64,000 nucleotides of DNA from Mizuhopecten yessoensis (lineage: Eukaryota): the NCBI RefSeq assembly GCF_002113885.1, contig NW_018408900.1, positions 260,077-324,076 on the forward strand, in the 5' to 3' direction. Below are positions 11,601-23,609 of the stretch, in pieces. The position numbers and the translations under genes were made by a program. The notes beneath the pieces were generated by a model. The model was not told the DNA's origin. It searched no databases and saw nothing but the letters and a program-made list of their open reading frames with translations. How positions within the stretch are numbered: position 1 is the stretch's first letter; the number at the start of each line of letters is the position of its first letter.

Positions 11601-14347
11601 GTATACATTGTTATACCATACTTATCCTCCAATAAGTCCAGGGGCCAAACACATTATCTCCAACCCAAAGAAGGGGAGTGGGCTAGTTACAGGACGATGA
11701 AAAAGCATTTATTGTTTTATTATGGGTGGGCTTGTGAACAAGCTTTACTGTCAGATAAATACAGTAGATTAGTAAAGAAACTCGACTTAATTTTAATACA
11801 TGTAACCTGTAAACAAACCTTTGCCTGTGCCTTGAGATGTGTTTGAAACCATGTTTCTAAGTCACTTATTTTCTTTTTGTGTACAGCCAGGTCACCCTGA
11901 AATAAATACAAATATCTATTACACCTTCATGGTCAAATTACATTTAACATTGTAAATTACTCTTTCATAGAAGATGAATTTTTGTTTTTATAAGCAAGAA
12001 AACTCATATGCAACTTAAAGTCTTTAGTGAATATCATTTCCGTAGATAGTTTCTTTTCATATTTAAACAGTATCTTGTCATCCCAAATTAAAGATGTAAA
12101 AGTAAATTCAAGGGAGATTACTTCTTCCTTTTTCTCTTTCTCAAACAGTATACTGGATTATCTAGGTAGCAGAGTACAGTAGAAATGGCCTGATCCTAAA
12201 AATGAAGGGCATGTCTCAGATAAACATGGATAGTGGGTTCATCCTGCACAACACACCTACATATATATTCATATTTATAAACTACATTTTGGATACATTT
12301 TTTCAGAGGAAAAAGGTGGGTTTTTTGAAAAAGTGTTTTCCCCAGATTTGGGACTTGTAAAAACCATGATTACCACATCAAAAAAACACACAAAAAACAT
12401 GATTTTTAACCCAAAATTTTACCCTCTCTAGCAGTAATTTTTTTCTTAAAGCCTGTCTTAAATTAAATATCACCTACTTGATAACAGAAATACTGACGTT
12501 TTAGCAAAGGTCATTCAACTGGATTTTTCACAATATGTTCACATGTGCTAAGTACAAAAATAGACTACATGAAAAGCTAGCTTTTGTTGTGTAGAAACAG
12601 ATTTGTAAATGGCCAAAACTGTAGTCTCAAACCAAATTCGATTTTTTTTTATCTTTTTTAAATTATATGAAGCCCACATAGTCCACTTCATCATATATAT
12701 GCCAATTTTAGTGCTGCTTTTTTTCTTTCTAAATTTGATACATGTCGTATTACAGGGGTTATTCATTGTACAAAAATATCACCCATGGCCACCGTACGCT
12801 ACTGTACACTGCTACCCTAGGAATATGCCACAAAGAATGACAAATACACTTTCACTGTTTAAATTAACCTGATTATTAGGAGCATATTTGTCAGACCACA
12901 ACTCCGACTCGTAAGCTGGTCTTTTCTTCCCCGACAACCAACACCGGTCACCTGATGATGAGACTTGTTCACTGTTTATCTGGGGTGTAGTTTTACTGGC
13001 TTTTGATTGGTCAGCTGTGTTGCTAATGCTGGTTGTGGCTGACTTAGACACTTTCAGGATAGACTGACTAGAACTAGTGGTGTTTGCTCGCTTCGGTGCA
13101 GACTTGGCTGGGCGAGAGGAAGCAGCAAAGCAATCAAATGCATCAAAATCACCAAAAGATGATGTTACCCACTTTGCAGAATTCTGTTAAAAAAAGTAAT
13201 TTGTAAAAATAAAATACAAAAATGAACAGGTTTATGAAATAATACAATATCTATAAAGATATCAGTAATTACTGCAGCTGTGCAAATAAGATATGTAAAT
13301 TCTAGTGACACGCTTTTCCTTTACTACTGTTGATTAATAATTACATACATTTTTCTGACAATTTGTTTCACTTAAATTTGTCTAGAGCATGAACTAATTA
13401 TTTATCCCTATGACATGCATGTTGAGTGGAACACTGATGTCCTTGCAACAAAGTATAGAAAATTAATTTCATGAAATTAATTTTACATGGGGTAGGTACA
13501 TATTTTGGAGTTATTACAGGTAAAATATCAATGACATTGATGAAAAGAAAAAAGAGTCTCACAGACTGATTGCACGTATACTGAGGCTATGTATACCAAC
13601 TATAACCTTGTAGCACTATTTGAGGTTTTAAAATAATAATTTATTGGTATAAAGTGATTTGTCATGTGTGGGCAAGCATTTTATTGGGTGCCCTTTTGTC
13701 ACATGATGAAACCTGGCAAACAAGGCAAAGTACTCAATAAGTCATAGCTTGATACACTGTTTGTGTATAAAGTTAAAATATATTATATGACTGTGGTATA
13801 TAGTTCTCCTAGCTTGACAGCTAAGGCTAGGAGATTTTATGTCAGATGCTAGAAAACATTTTCCTTATTAACTACATATGAAAATATTGGTGGGATTGTT
13901 AATTTTTTCAATATCTGCCTGCAGGCTAGCTAGTACTGTAAATATCGGTATGAAAGTATACACCATGGTCTCACACTTTCATTTTGTTTAAGCATTGTTC
14001 ACCATTGCTATTGTTAAATAATTGCTAATTTATTGCTGATCTACCTTAAAAAAAAAACATATTTTGAATTAACATACTTATATAAATTTATATGAGTGTG
14101 AGTAAAATGTGAAAAAGTTGCCATCAGGGATAGATTGTCCTTATATTATTCATGGTAACACTTGCTATAGTCCCAGTATACAGCAATATATAATAACCTT
14201 GCAATTAATGGACTGTAGAATTGATTTATCGCGTTTTCTTTTCTTGTCAGGTTTTTGGGTCGACAATTCTGGTGATGAAGCGAGGTCAATGACAGAATCA
14301 TTACTGTCTTCATTATCAGCAAAACTGTTTCCACCATCACTTTTCAT
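2612..14347 (-). CDS. RAD17: Cell cycle checkpoint clamp-loader protein RAD17, 17 coding exons, about 705 aa
   Basis: Phase-consistent GT-AG exons: 14347-14198, 13183-12869, 11896-11819, 11211-11058, 10465-10329, 9243-9191, 8742-8611, 8409-8340, 8087-7976, 7584-7408, 6949-6861, 6623-6477, 5362-5213, 4656-4617, 4319-4239, 3978-3921, 2786-2612. Motifs: LWSDKYAP..DLAVHKKKI, Walker A GQAGTGKS, FLLRANKYNKL, Walker B IILVEE, GDIRGAINTLQF, LFLFRALGKILYCKR, LHQNY, LHKPQW, acidic tail EEEELIIEDFDD*. The start codon is inferred. Confidence 0.95.
4817..4909. mobile_element. Short palindromic element, family B (CAATCTGATTAAAA termini)
   Basis: Arms ACAATCTGATTAAAATCATATGTTACACATGGCTTCG and CGAAGCCATGTAACAGATGATTTTAATAAGATTGT. 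The same termini occur at 47986-48067. Confidence 0.7.
5871..6244 (+). mobile_element. Non-autonomous Helentron-like (HINE-type) element
   Basis: T-rich start, subterminal IR TGTGTCGCCTGC ... GCAGGCGACACA, CGTC-rich tract, 3' hairpin TCCAC..GTGGA followed by TTCTTGTTT. Confidence 0.55.
7109..7435 (-). repeat. Degenerate 32-33-bp tandem repeat (about 10 units) spanning the RAD17 exon 10 donor
   Basis: TTTGCAG(T)AGAGAATTTTGCCC-like units recur near 7116, 7147, 7181, 7214, 7244, 7276, 7309, 7341, 7377 and 7409. The last unit is exonic. Confidence 0.7.
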
Positions 14348-14595
14348 TTCAAATTTATTCTGAAATAGAAAATTGCTTGAAGTATAACATGTGACAATTT
14401 TATGCATTTTCTAACCTCACATCTAAATATAAATCTATATATGTGTATACAAGAAAAAGCTGACATTTCAAACTTTTGATCACAGTATTAGATTTAGAAA
14501 TTGCTATAAAGTCTGTGGTTTGATGTAGCCAAAGAAAATAATTAATTTTAATTATTAAAATACGAAAAGTCATAGTTATGCGACATCTAATTTAA

Positions 14596-14717
14596 TAGTC
14601 CGAAGTATTCTGACGTTTTATCGACTTTTTTCATATCGGTCTGTCGTCGATTAACGTCATAAACGACGACAGACCGATATGAAAAAAGTCGATAAAACGT
14701 CAGAATAATTCGGACTA
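14596..14717. mobile_element. Near-perfect palindromic element, family C
   Basis: TAGTCCGAAGTATTCTGACGTTTTATCGACTTTTTTCATATCGGTCTGTCGTCG, short loop, then the reverse complement with one mismatch. Second copy at 31393-31506. Confidence 0.85.
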
Positions 14718-14844
14718 CTAATTTAAGTACTGAAATGTAGTACCAATATTAATACCTGGCCTCTTCTACGCCGGCCGCAATATAAAAAACAATATATCAG
14801 CATCAGAAAGCTACGTTATCGCAGCTAACTGAATGTACCGTTTG

Positions 14845-15107
14845 ACCACAGGGTCACGTTACAATCACACATATGCTATATACTGATATGGGTCACAACA
14901 CACATAAACATGTATGTTTGTGTGTGTTGTGACCCATATCAGCATTCCGTCTTTGGGTATTGCAGTTATCTTCTTTACGTCGTTTTCTCAAAAATTAATG
15001 ACGTTACTGACGTGACAATCAATACCTGCTCTCAAGAGAAGATAACTCTGCAATACGCAAAGACGGAATAGGCTAGCATATGTGTGATTGTAACGTGACC
15101 CTGTGGT
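14845..15107. mobile_element. Nested stack of three palindromic elements
   Basis: Outer arms 14845-14878 and 15074-15107 enclose hairpin 14883-14942 and a family A copy at 14944-15070. Confidence 0.8.
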
Positions 15108-15352
15108 TTGACGGCTTCTAATCATAGGATTATGGTTGCCAGAATTATTGATAATACCTCTGACCAAAATTTTCTTATTCAACATGTACACAGAATAATC
15201 GAAAGAAGGCGTTGAAGTATTTACAGATAGAGATAGATAGATAGTACAGATCTAGATGTCCGAGGAAGTTTATATCTTTAGTTTATACAGCAGATATGGA
15301 TAATTTAGTACTATTTTCAGACTTCAGACTTGTGGATTATGTCATTGTATAC

Positions 15353-15690
15353 CATAATCGCAGAACTTCCGTTCGTTCTTCACTTTGAAATGAAAGTCTA
15401 TTATACATGTAGGAATTTTGTAATTTCATTTCTGCAAAACTCCACGAGTTTTGAAACAGCCGCCATGTTTGTGATCACAGGATGTCGCATATGCTATTGA
15501 AAAAACAAACATAACATTAATATGCCAGGACAGTCAGCTCAATTTGATAACGATATCGTATATTTTTGTACAAATGATTTCTTTCTAGTTCTAAATTTAC
15601 ATGTTTTTGTGTTAGCAATAAAACATATTAATAATTGACTTGTTTTTATTTGTTATTACTTCAGCGGCTTGACAGTGGCTAACCGGTAAG
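15353..15690. promoter_or_regulatory. Probable RAD17/TMEM69 bidirectional promoter and first non-coding exons
   Basis: Lies between divergent genes. YY1-type GCCGCCATGTTT at 15459-15470, ETS-like ACTTCCG near 15365, candidate donors ATG|GTATAC (minus, 15353) and CCG|GTAAGA (plus, about 15685). Confidence 0.5.
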
Positions 15691-16091
15691 ACCTTTTACA
15701 AAGCGAATGTTGTGAAGTCACAGTTTTGGGGCAAAAGCACATCTGTCATATATATTTGCAATGCAATGACAACACAACCGTCAACGCATCTATCACAAGG
15801 TCATTGATCCGCCAGCCGTCTGTACATTTTGTCGGCTCTATATAAAGCTCGTCCTAGACTTACACTAGTTCCAAATGGACAGAGTAGAAACCCCTTTTCA
15901 CAATATCATTCTCTTGATATGTTTTCAATATGTTGTATTTGAAATTCAAATATATATTTTATTATGCAGAACAAAGTTAATTATTTTTAAGATATGTCTA
16001 TTGTCAGAATAAGACTTAAAATGTTTTATACTTTTTTCTTATTTCAGGTCATCTCTTGCACACCAGTCTCATTTTCCCTTCTTGGCATACA

Positions 16092-16931
16092 ATGATCAAA
16101 AGTTTCAATGCAAGTTTTTCCTGTGTAAAGAAAGTATGGACTAAATTACCTGGTCATGGATCGGCATACACGATCTCTGTTAATGGATATGGAGGTGTCA
16201 GTAGTACATCTGTACATGTGTTATCAGACTTACAGAAAAGACGTAGTTCAAATAATGTGACTACTGATAGTAAACAAACTGTATTAGTGAAGAATTTGTC
16301 CAGCTACAATGGCCATTATATAACAAAGTCAGTGTGTGCAAAAATATTACCTACAAGTTTCATATTGCAAAGATTTGAAGCACAAGTAACAAATACATAT
16401 CAGAAGAGACTTTTCCATGAGGACAGAAAAACAACCGCCTTGACTGTGCTGGGAAGTCTCAAGGAACTGAAAGCCTCTCCTGTTCCTGCACTTGTGTTGG
16501 GATTCTCTGGCCTCATTCCCTTTGTGGCCGCCCCCACATACCTTGTTATGAATCAATTGTTCATGCCTGACATAGCTTTTGCCCAGCTGGTTTATGGTGC
16601 CACCATCTTGTCCTTCTTAGGAGGTATCCGATGGGGGATGACAATTCCTGAGGACAGCATCCTGCAGCCCAACTGGTTCAATCTGTGTTACAGTGTCACC
16701 CCTTCCTTGGTCGCCTGGGCTGGAGTTCTTATGCCAAGTCCCCTTTCATCGTTGACTCTTATGCTAGGCTTTGCAGGAGCATGCTATATGGACATGGTTT
16801 CCTATGGTTATCCCCCTTGGTTCAAAGGCCTCAGATTTACTTTGACATTTGTAGCCATCCTATCCCTGTGGACAACACTGATGTGTAGTCTATTATTGGA
16901 CACTAAACCCAACAAAGAAGAAAAGAAATGA
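16092..16931 (+). CDS. TMEM69: Transmembrane protein 69 (DUF3429 family), about 279 aa
   Basis: Single coding exon after acceptor TTTCAG (16047). Motifs PVPALVLGFSGLIPF, QLVYGATILSFLGGIRWG, SVTPSLVAW, YPPWFKGLRFTLT. First in-frame ATG is 16092; an upstream coding exon is not excluded. Confidence 0.9.
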   Translation: MIKSFNASFSCVKKVWTKLPGHGSAYTISVNGYGGVSSTSVHVLSDLQKRRSSNNVTTDSKQTVLVKNLSSYNGHYITKSVCAKILPTSFILQRFEAQVTNTYQKRLFHEDRKTTALTVLGSLKELKASPVPALVLGFSGLIPFVAAPTYLVMNQLFMPDIAFAQLVYGATILSFLGGIRWGMTIPEDSILQPNWFNLCYSVTPSLVAWAGVLMPSPLSSLTLMLGFAGACYMDMVSYGYPPWFKGLRFTLTFVAILSLWTTLMCSLLLDTKPNKEEKK

Positions 16932-17011
16932 ATAGACTTTCAATACTAAACCAGTTTCCTGCAATTTGATAATTTATTAAAATGGTATTAAAGTTTCATC
17001 AAGTTTTGTTC

Positions 17012-19010
17012 TTTTAGCTCACCTGGCCCATTGAGGTTATACCAGTATGCAATGACCCTCGCCTGACATCAACTTTTTACTACAACTTCTTCTGAAGAAG
17101 CAAGAGGCCTAGGGGGATGATATTTGGCCAGTAGTATGCTGGGATGAAGGGTTACCAAGTTTGTTCAAATGAATGACCTTGACTTGCATTCAAGCTTATT
17201 GGAGTTGATTTTCTGAAGAAAGAAAAAAATCCAACAACTTCTTCTGAATAATCAAAAGGCCTAGGGTGATGATTTTTTGCCAGTAACCTGCTGGGATGAA
17301 GGGGTTCAATTTTCAAATTTTGTTCAAATGAATGACCTTGATATATATTCAAGGTCACAGGGGTCAAATATGTTAAAAACTTTAAAAGACTTTTTCTGAA
17401 TAACCAAATGCAAACGTTGGTGATATGTTACCAGTAGCATGATCAGATAAAGAGTTTGTTCATGTGAATGACCTTGACACACTACAAGGTTACATGTCAA
17501 TTATGTATAAACTATTTAAAAATCCTCCTCTCAATAAACGAAAAGTCTACGATAGTGATATTTCGGGCAAGTTGCATTCTTCGATGAAAGGCTTTAAACT
17601 TTGTCCTTGTTTGACTTTCAAGGACACAGCTAGGGGTTAAATGTGTTTAAATCTTTTAGCAGGTTCTTTTGAATGACTTTGAGTCAAGACACTGAAATTC
17701 TGTCTGTAGCTTTATTTTAGTCCACTTTAAGGTTACAGATACGTACAGGCCCATTGGACCTCTTGTATTTACACACCCACCAAATGTGGAGCCTATTATG
17801 TTGTAATGCTGTCTGTCTCTTTCCATAACCCAGCTCATGATCACAACTAGTCCAACAATTTTCAACTGAATCTTTTAAGATTCGGTGTGTGTTGAGAATC
17901 ATGTGAAGAATGTTCCTCCTATAGTTTACACAATATGAAAAAAAAACGGGCAAAGGGAGACAATCCCTATGCATTTTTATCAACAAGCATGACATGCATA
18001 ATCGCCCAAATTTTCAACCACAGACGGAAAAATTCTGAGGTCATGGGGTCAAAGGTCACAGTAGCGATATTTGTCTTTTCAATCGCTGTTTAGGTACAAC
18101 ATCTGAGGTTAGACTTTTTCATGACCCTTGATCTTTTAGCCCTACAGGGCCAACAAGCAGCCGGAACAAGGGGAAGGGGTTATTTTTTAGCCCATAGGCG
18201 ACAGTCCTAGTTAATTTGGGGCCATTGGTGGGGTTTTTATCTCACCTAAAAGGACCAATACGGTGATATTTGGCCAGAATCATGCTGGGATGAAGGGCTA
18301 CCAAGTTTGTTCAAATAAATGACCTTCACCGATATTCAAGGTCACAGGGGTCAAAAATGTTAAAAACTTTAAACATCTTCTTCTGAATAACCAAAATGCT
18401 CAGGGTGATGATATTTGGTCAGTAGCATCCTGGGATGAAGGGCTACCAAGTTTGTTCGAAAGAATGATCTTGACCTACTTTCAAGGTCACTGGGGTCAGA
18501 TGTCTTAAAATATTCAAACAACTTCTTCTCAATAACCAAAAGGCCCAGGGTACTGATATTGGGCCTGTAGCATGCTGGTACGAAGGGCTACCAAGTTTGT
18601 TCAAATAAATGACCTTCACCGATATTCAAGGTCACAGGGGTCAAAAATGTTAAAATCTTTAAACATCTTCTTCTGAATATCCAAAATGCTCAGGGTGATG
18701 ATATTTGGTCAGTAGCATCCTGGGATGAAGGGCTACCAAGTTTGTTCAAATGAATGACCTTGAGCCACTTTCAATGTCACATGGGTCAAATGTCGTAAAA
18801 TCTTACATGAATGACCTCGACACACTTTCAACCTAATCTCCTTGTTCGACATTCAAGGTCACAGGCGTCATATGTTTAAAATCTTTTAATAGGTTCTTAT
18901 GAATCAAAACACTGATATTCTGCCTGTAGCTGTATTTTAGTCCACTTTTAAGATTACAAGTGTGAGATTCATACCAGGTGAGCGATGCAGGCCCATTGGG
19001 CATCTTGTTT
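17012..19010 (+). mobile_element. Composite Helentron-like element(s) with internal approx. 145-bp tandem repeats
   Basis: Start TTTTAGCTCACCTGG, end CCAGGTGAGCGATGCAGGCCCATTGGGCATCTTGTTT (subterminal IR plus hairpin). A second 3' end lies near 17745-17766. The core GGGATGAAGGGCTACCAAGTTTGTTCAAATGAATGACCTTGA repeats with a 290-bp dimer period (18301/18591). Confidence 0.7.
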
Positions 19011-20793
19011 AAATTCCTTCTTTTCATTAGAGCTCTATAAAATGGTTTTGGACATGTTTGCACTATACAGTGCAGACTGAATGAGTTTCAGTTTGTTAAA
19101 TTAATAATGCGTACAGCATCTACAAAATACAGATGTTTTATACAATAAAAAGATGGTAGCCTCCCTGTTAAATACACAGCTCTTTCAGATTTTTTCAGAA
19201 TCTTTTCTCTGTTCATCATTATTACTCTCAAAGCTAATAAACAAAAGAAACACTTTATTATAAAGTGATTACAGTTTATTGATTTATATCACCATGATCA
19301 ATTATAAAATAATGGTAAAAAGGACAATCAACATCAAATTTCTTAAGTCACTCTTCACTGTTAGATCAATATCCAATACACATGGCACCTTATATAGACC
19401 ATTTAAGATCACAGTTACTTCCAAAGATGTCCAAATCAATTCTGTTAAAATAAAACAGATATTGTACTCTGTTATGACACTAACTACAGTGATCATTTTG
19501 TTTTTAAGGACCCCTGAACTCTGTATTAGGAATATTTAACTACATGACAATAGTTTTAATAGCTCATTTCTGAAGAGAAATCCACACCTTACAGAACTTT
19601 TATGAAAAAAAATAAAGAAGGAAAAAAGGAATTGAACATCAGTGTTCTGAGAGGGAAAATACAAAGGGACCAGGCCAGTATTGGGCCCTTGTTCTCCGAT
19701 ATTACATTACAACCATTTATATTGTACCACCAAAATCCTGATTATATGCATAAAAAAACGCCAACACGGAGGAGAAAAAAAGGTTGTCTTCAATGATGTC
19801 CCAGCACCCCATCTATATTACAAAAACTTGAAAAATGTGATGATATGACATCACTCACTCTAGTCTGCAATGTAATCCAAATTAGTGTTTTGCACGCATC
19901 ACACATTACATTTTTATTTTGTTGAATGTGCATAGGACGAATACAACGTTCTTCAATGTCTGATTACATTACACCGTGTCAAACCCCAATATATAAGGAA
20001 TTAGTCACACGAACAATTCGTTAATCTAATCATAAAAATCAAGCATGTACTGCATATAAACTATAGCACACTTCAAGAATACTGTATACAAATTTTGACC
20101 TCTAAGGCTCTTTGGCCTTGAAAAAACTATTGTATATACATATAAGTTTATAAGGTTTGTACCAAGCTAGCTCAACATCAATATATTCATTGTATATGGC
20201 CTATCGGCAAAAATATGTAAATTAATTGCGAATCATATATAAAATTAGGTTGAAACATTAACATAAGTACTCACTATTAAAGTATTGTCACACCCACTTG
20301 TTATGTAGCCACTTCAACCAGAGGTCAATATAAATTCAAGTGTGATGTTTTTAAGTCACTGGATAACGGAACTACTTGGTAGTGAAGCGGACGTAAAACC
20401 CATCAATCATTCTAAGTCACTGTACACTTTTTTATTTTCTGTCGCTAGATACAAACGTATTTGTTTTATATTCAGTCATGTTAGTCACTAGATACAAATG
20501 TACGTTGTTGTGTTTCAAGTCCTTTTTGTTTGATATAAGGCCTAGACTATTAAGGAAATAAAATGAGATTTCCTGTCAGAATATTTTTTAACCTTCAACC
20601 CCCAACGTTTCATTCACCCCCTTCCAGTTTTTCAAGTAAAGTGGTGGTATTTTACTTTCAGTTTTGCATTTGTTTTAACTTAAAATCAATGGACAGTATA
20701 ATTTTCCTGAGGTCATCATTCATAATCAAAACATCATTATCTGTGTAATTAGTTAATCACAATTATCAATCATAAATGTCATTTAATTTTGGA

Positions 20794-23609
20794 TCACAAT
20801 TTTGACTGTTTCTGAAGTATTTCTGGTCGTCTGTACATGGTAACAACAGCAGCACCCCCTATGCCAAAGTTGTGCTGGAGAGCAATTTTAGCCCCATCAA
20901 CTTGTTTAAGTTTAGCAGTCCCTCGCAACTGTGACACCAGCTCTGCACACTGCGCCAGACCTGTAATGAAATAAAAGCAACATTGCCTGTGGCTTCATAT
21001 TGTTCTAAACTACATGCATGTACAATAATATTTGTTAAACTGCAAATAACATCATTAAAAATTCTTGCTTTGGCTGTCCAAGAAATAAATAATTTAAGGA
21101 TATTGCGATCTCCACTACCCCCAGTTATTACTTTTCCAATGGCCCTTTAAACAAAAGTTAACAGCCCTTTTCAACTCATCACCCATATAAAATTTTGCAA
21201 TGACACTTTTAGTTATAACACAAACTCCTAGTAAGGACCTTTTTTGTATAATAGTTAATTAGAACAGGTAGATACATGTATAGTTTCACATAATATCTGG
21301 AATTCCCTGATTATTTCCAACATTTTAGCCTTAACAGACATAGAAAAAAAACATTAAGATATCCACTTTTTAGAATATCAAGGCAATATTTAAGAAGATG
21401 ACACAAATGTTGTTATACCTGTTGCCCCAATGGGATGACCTTTGGACTCCAGTCCTCCTGAAGGGTTCACGACCCATTTTCCACCAAGCTTGCAAATGTC
21501 TCCCCCATTTTTGTTTTTAATCCATTTTCCGTTGCGAATCAGATCTACACCTTTCCCTTCTTGTGCCAGCTGGAGAGCTTCATACATGAAGAGCTCATTA
21601 CACGAGAAGCAATCATGAACCTCTAGCACATCAACATCATCAGCAGTGAATCCAGAATCCTGGTAACAGCGCTTAGCTGCCTCCTTGGCCATACCGTAAC
21701 CAGACAGATCTTGGAAACTTCGTCCAAAGGAGGACTCCATGTCAGTGACCATGTGTTGTGCTATAATCTCCACAGCATGGTGCTGGAGGTTATTGGCCAC
21801 CACAAAATCCTCATTACACACAATGGCCGCCGCACCACCATCAGCAGTTGGAGCAGACATCCAAAATGTGATTGGGTCGCAAAGAGGAATTTTTGTTTTA
21901 ATGTCCTCGCGTGAAACAATCCTCTGTAATGCTGCTTTGGGGTTGTTCACACTCTGTTTATGGTTCTTATAGGAGATTTCCACCATGTCGTCTAGAGTTG
22001 CATATGGGTATTTCTTCAGGTATTCACGAGCTGCATATGCATATAATTTGACAACGTCTGATGTCATCTGATTGAGGCGTGGCTGGATGAGACCTGGCTC
22101 AGCTCCAATGTCCACCATGTGGTCCATATGACGCTTGACCGGTGATGTTCGGTCTGTGTACTTTTCAGAGAGACCTCTCTCCATCTTTTCAAAACCTGCA
22201 TACAAATAAAATTTAAAAAGATTTATGAAGGAGGGTCTATAATCAAACATGCTTGCGCAAAAACATCTATGAAAAGATCACCTGTGTTAACAGACTACTG
22301 CAATTTATGTTCCCTATTGAGTTGATTTCATTCAAATTCATTGTGAATTGAACCTGTATAAGAGACAACCTGCACTCTGAAAGTTTTGGCTGTATTTCCA
22401 TTTGTTCACAGTCAGCATCAAATACATTTTCATTATTTAAAAGGGAGATTTTTTTAGAAGATATTTCAGTAAAATTCAAATAAATCAATATTTTATGAAC
22501 ATCTATTTCTATAAAAATATGCCTGTAGTGCCTTAATGCAAATAGTTATCAAGTTATCGAAGGATAATTCATTCAGTCAATAAACTTAAAGACTGTTCTG
22601 TCACAACTTCACAACTGTTTAAAGTAATTGTTCTGTCACAAAATTTATCACCATTTCTTAAGATGTGAGTTATTTAATGACACAGAATAATAATTTATAT
22701 ATAAATAGTAAGATTAGAAAAGTACCAAGAGCCATGACACAGTCCTCCACTCAGCTCTGGACTAAACGTCTGGCCAACATTAGGGCACTGGATCCAGAGG
22801 AACAATTGTTGTTGACATTGAATATGGGGACGCCACTGAGTCCTAGGTTGTAAACAGCTCTCTGACCACTGGTTGGCTCTCCGTAACAGTAGCTGGCCAC
22901 CACAGCCTTCACATTACTGTATGGCAGTCCTGCATCCTTCAAGGCTGCCTCACCTCAGAAAGTAAAATAACAAATACATTTCCAATACATTTTTTATGTT
23001 CTCTATTAACTTGTTTTGCATGTAGTAAACTGCAATATATATGACAAAAATGTATATTTGCCTCTTCTATCAACCTAACTTTCAGAGCAATTATTTCCTT
23101 TAGTTCCATCTTTTATATAATTATACATGCAACTACAAGCCCACAAGCAGATTATGCAAAATTCTACTAGATTGATCTATTTTTCCATAGTAAATAATGA
23201 AAGTTTTCCCTTGCCCAAACATAAAATTTACTAGCCCGGGCATTTGACTAACAAAATTGTACATCCCTCGACACTGTGTAGCATTATATTATGGTGCACA
23301 GATTGTCATACTTGGAAGTTGCCTTTAGTGCAACATTTATGCTACTGAAATGACGGACAAGAAAATTTGTATACAGTGGACTGCACAGGTAAGGTATTAG
23401 TATGATACAGAAGAAAGACAGCTATTGTGACACACAAACGGCTAGATATAATTGTATATAAGTTTCTGTGAACATTGTGAATGATGATTACCTGCTTCCT
23501 TGCCCATATCTGGGTAGTCCCATGCTTTTGTCATTGGCTTCTCAAACTTGGTCACCCCTACTCCAACCACAAACGTTCTCATCTTGTTACGCAGTAAACT
23601 TGTCGCCAT
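20794..23609 (-). CDS. SCP2-thiolase (SCPx/P-44/DAF-22-like, thiolase domain only) with C-terminal SKL; one in-frame TGA at codon 107, so possibly a null allele or pseudogene
   Basis: Exons 23609-23492, 22953-22726, 22195-21419, 20960-20794 (430 codons including the terminal stop). Motifs [26 protein letters not shown] (catalytic Cys90), [48 protein letters not shown], ends QSKL*. TGA at 22753-22751. Confidence 0.9.

Noticed and set aside
20660-20730. SECIS candidate in the thiolase 3'UTR (ATGA..AAAA..GA on minus)
   Set aside because: Helix pairing is poor by eye and the TGA aligns with Gly, not Cys; SECISearch3 would be needed to exclude it formally.
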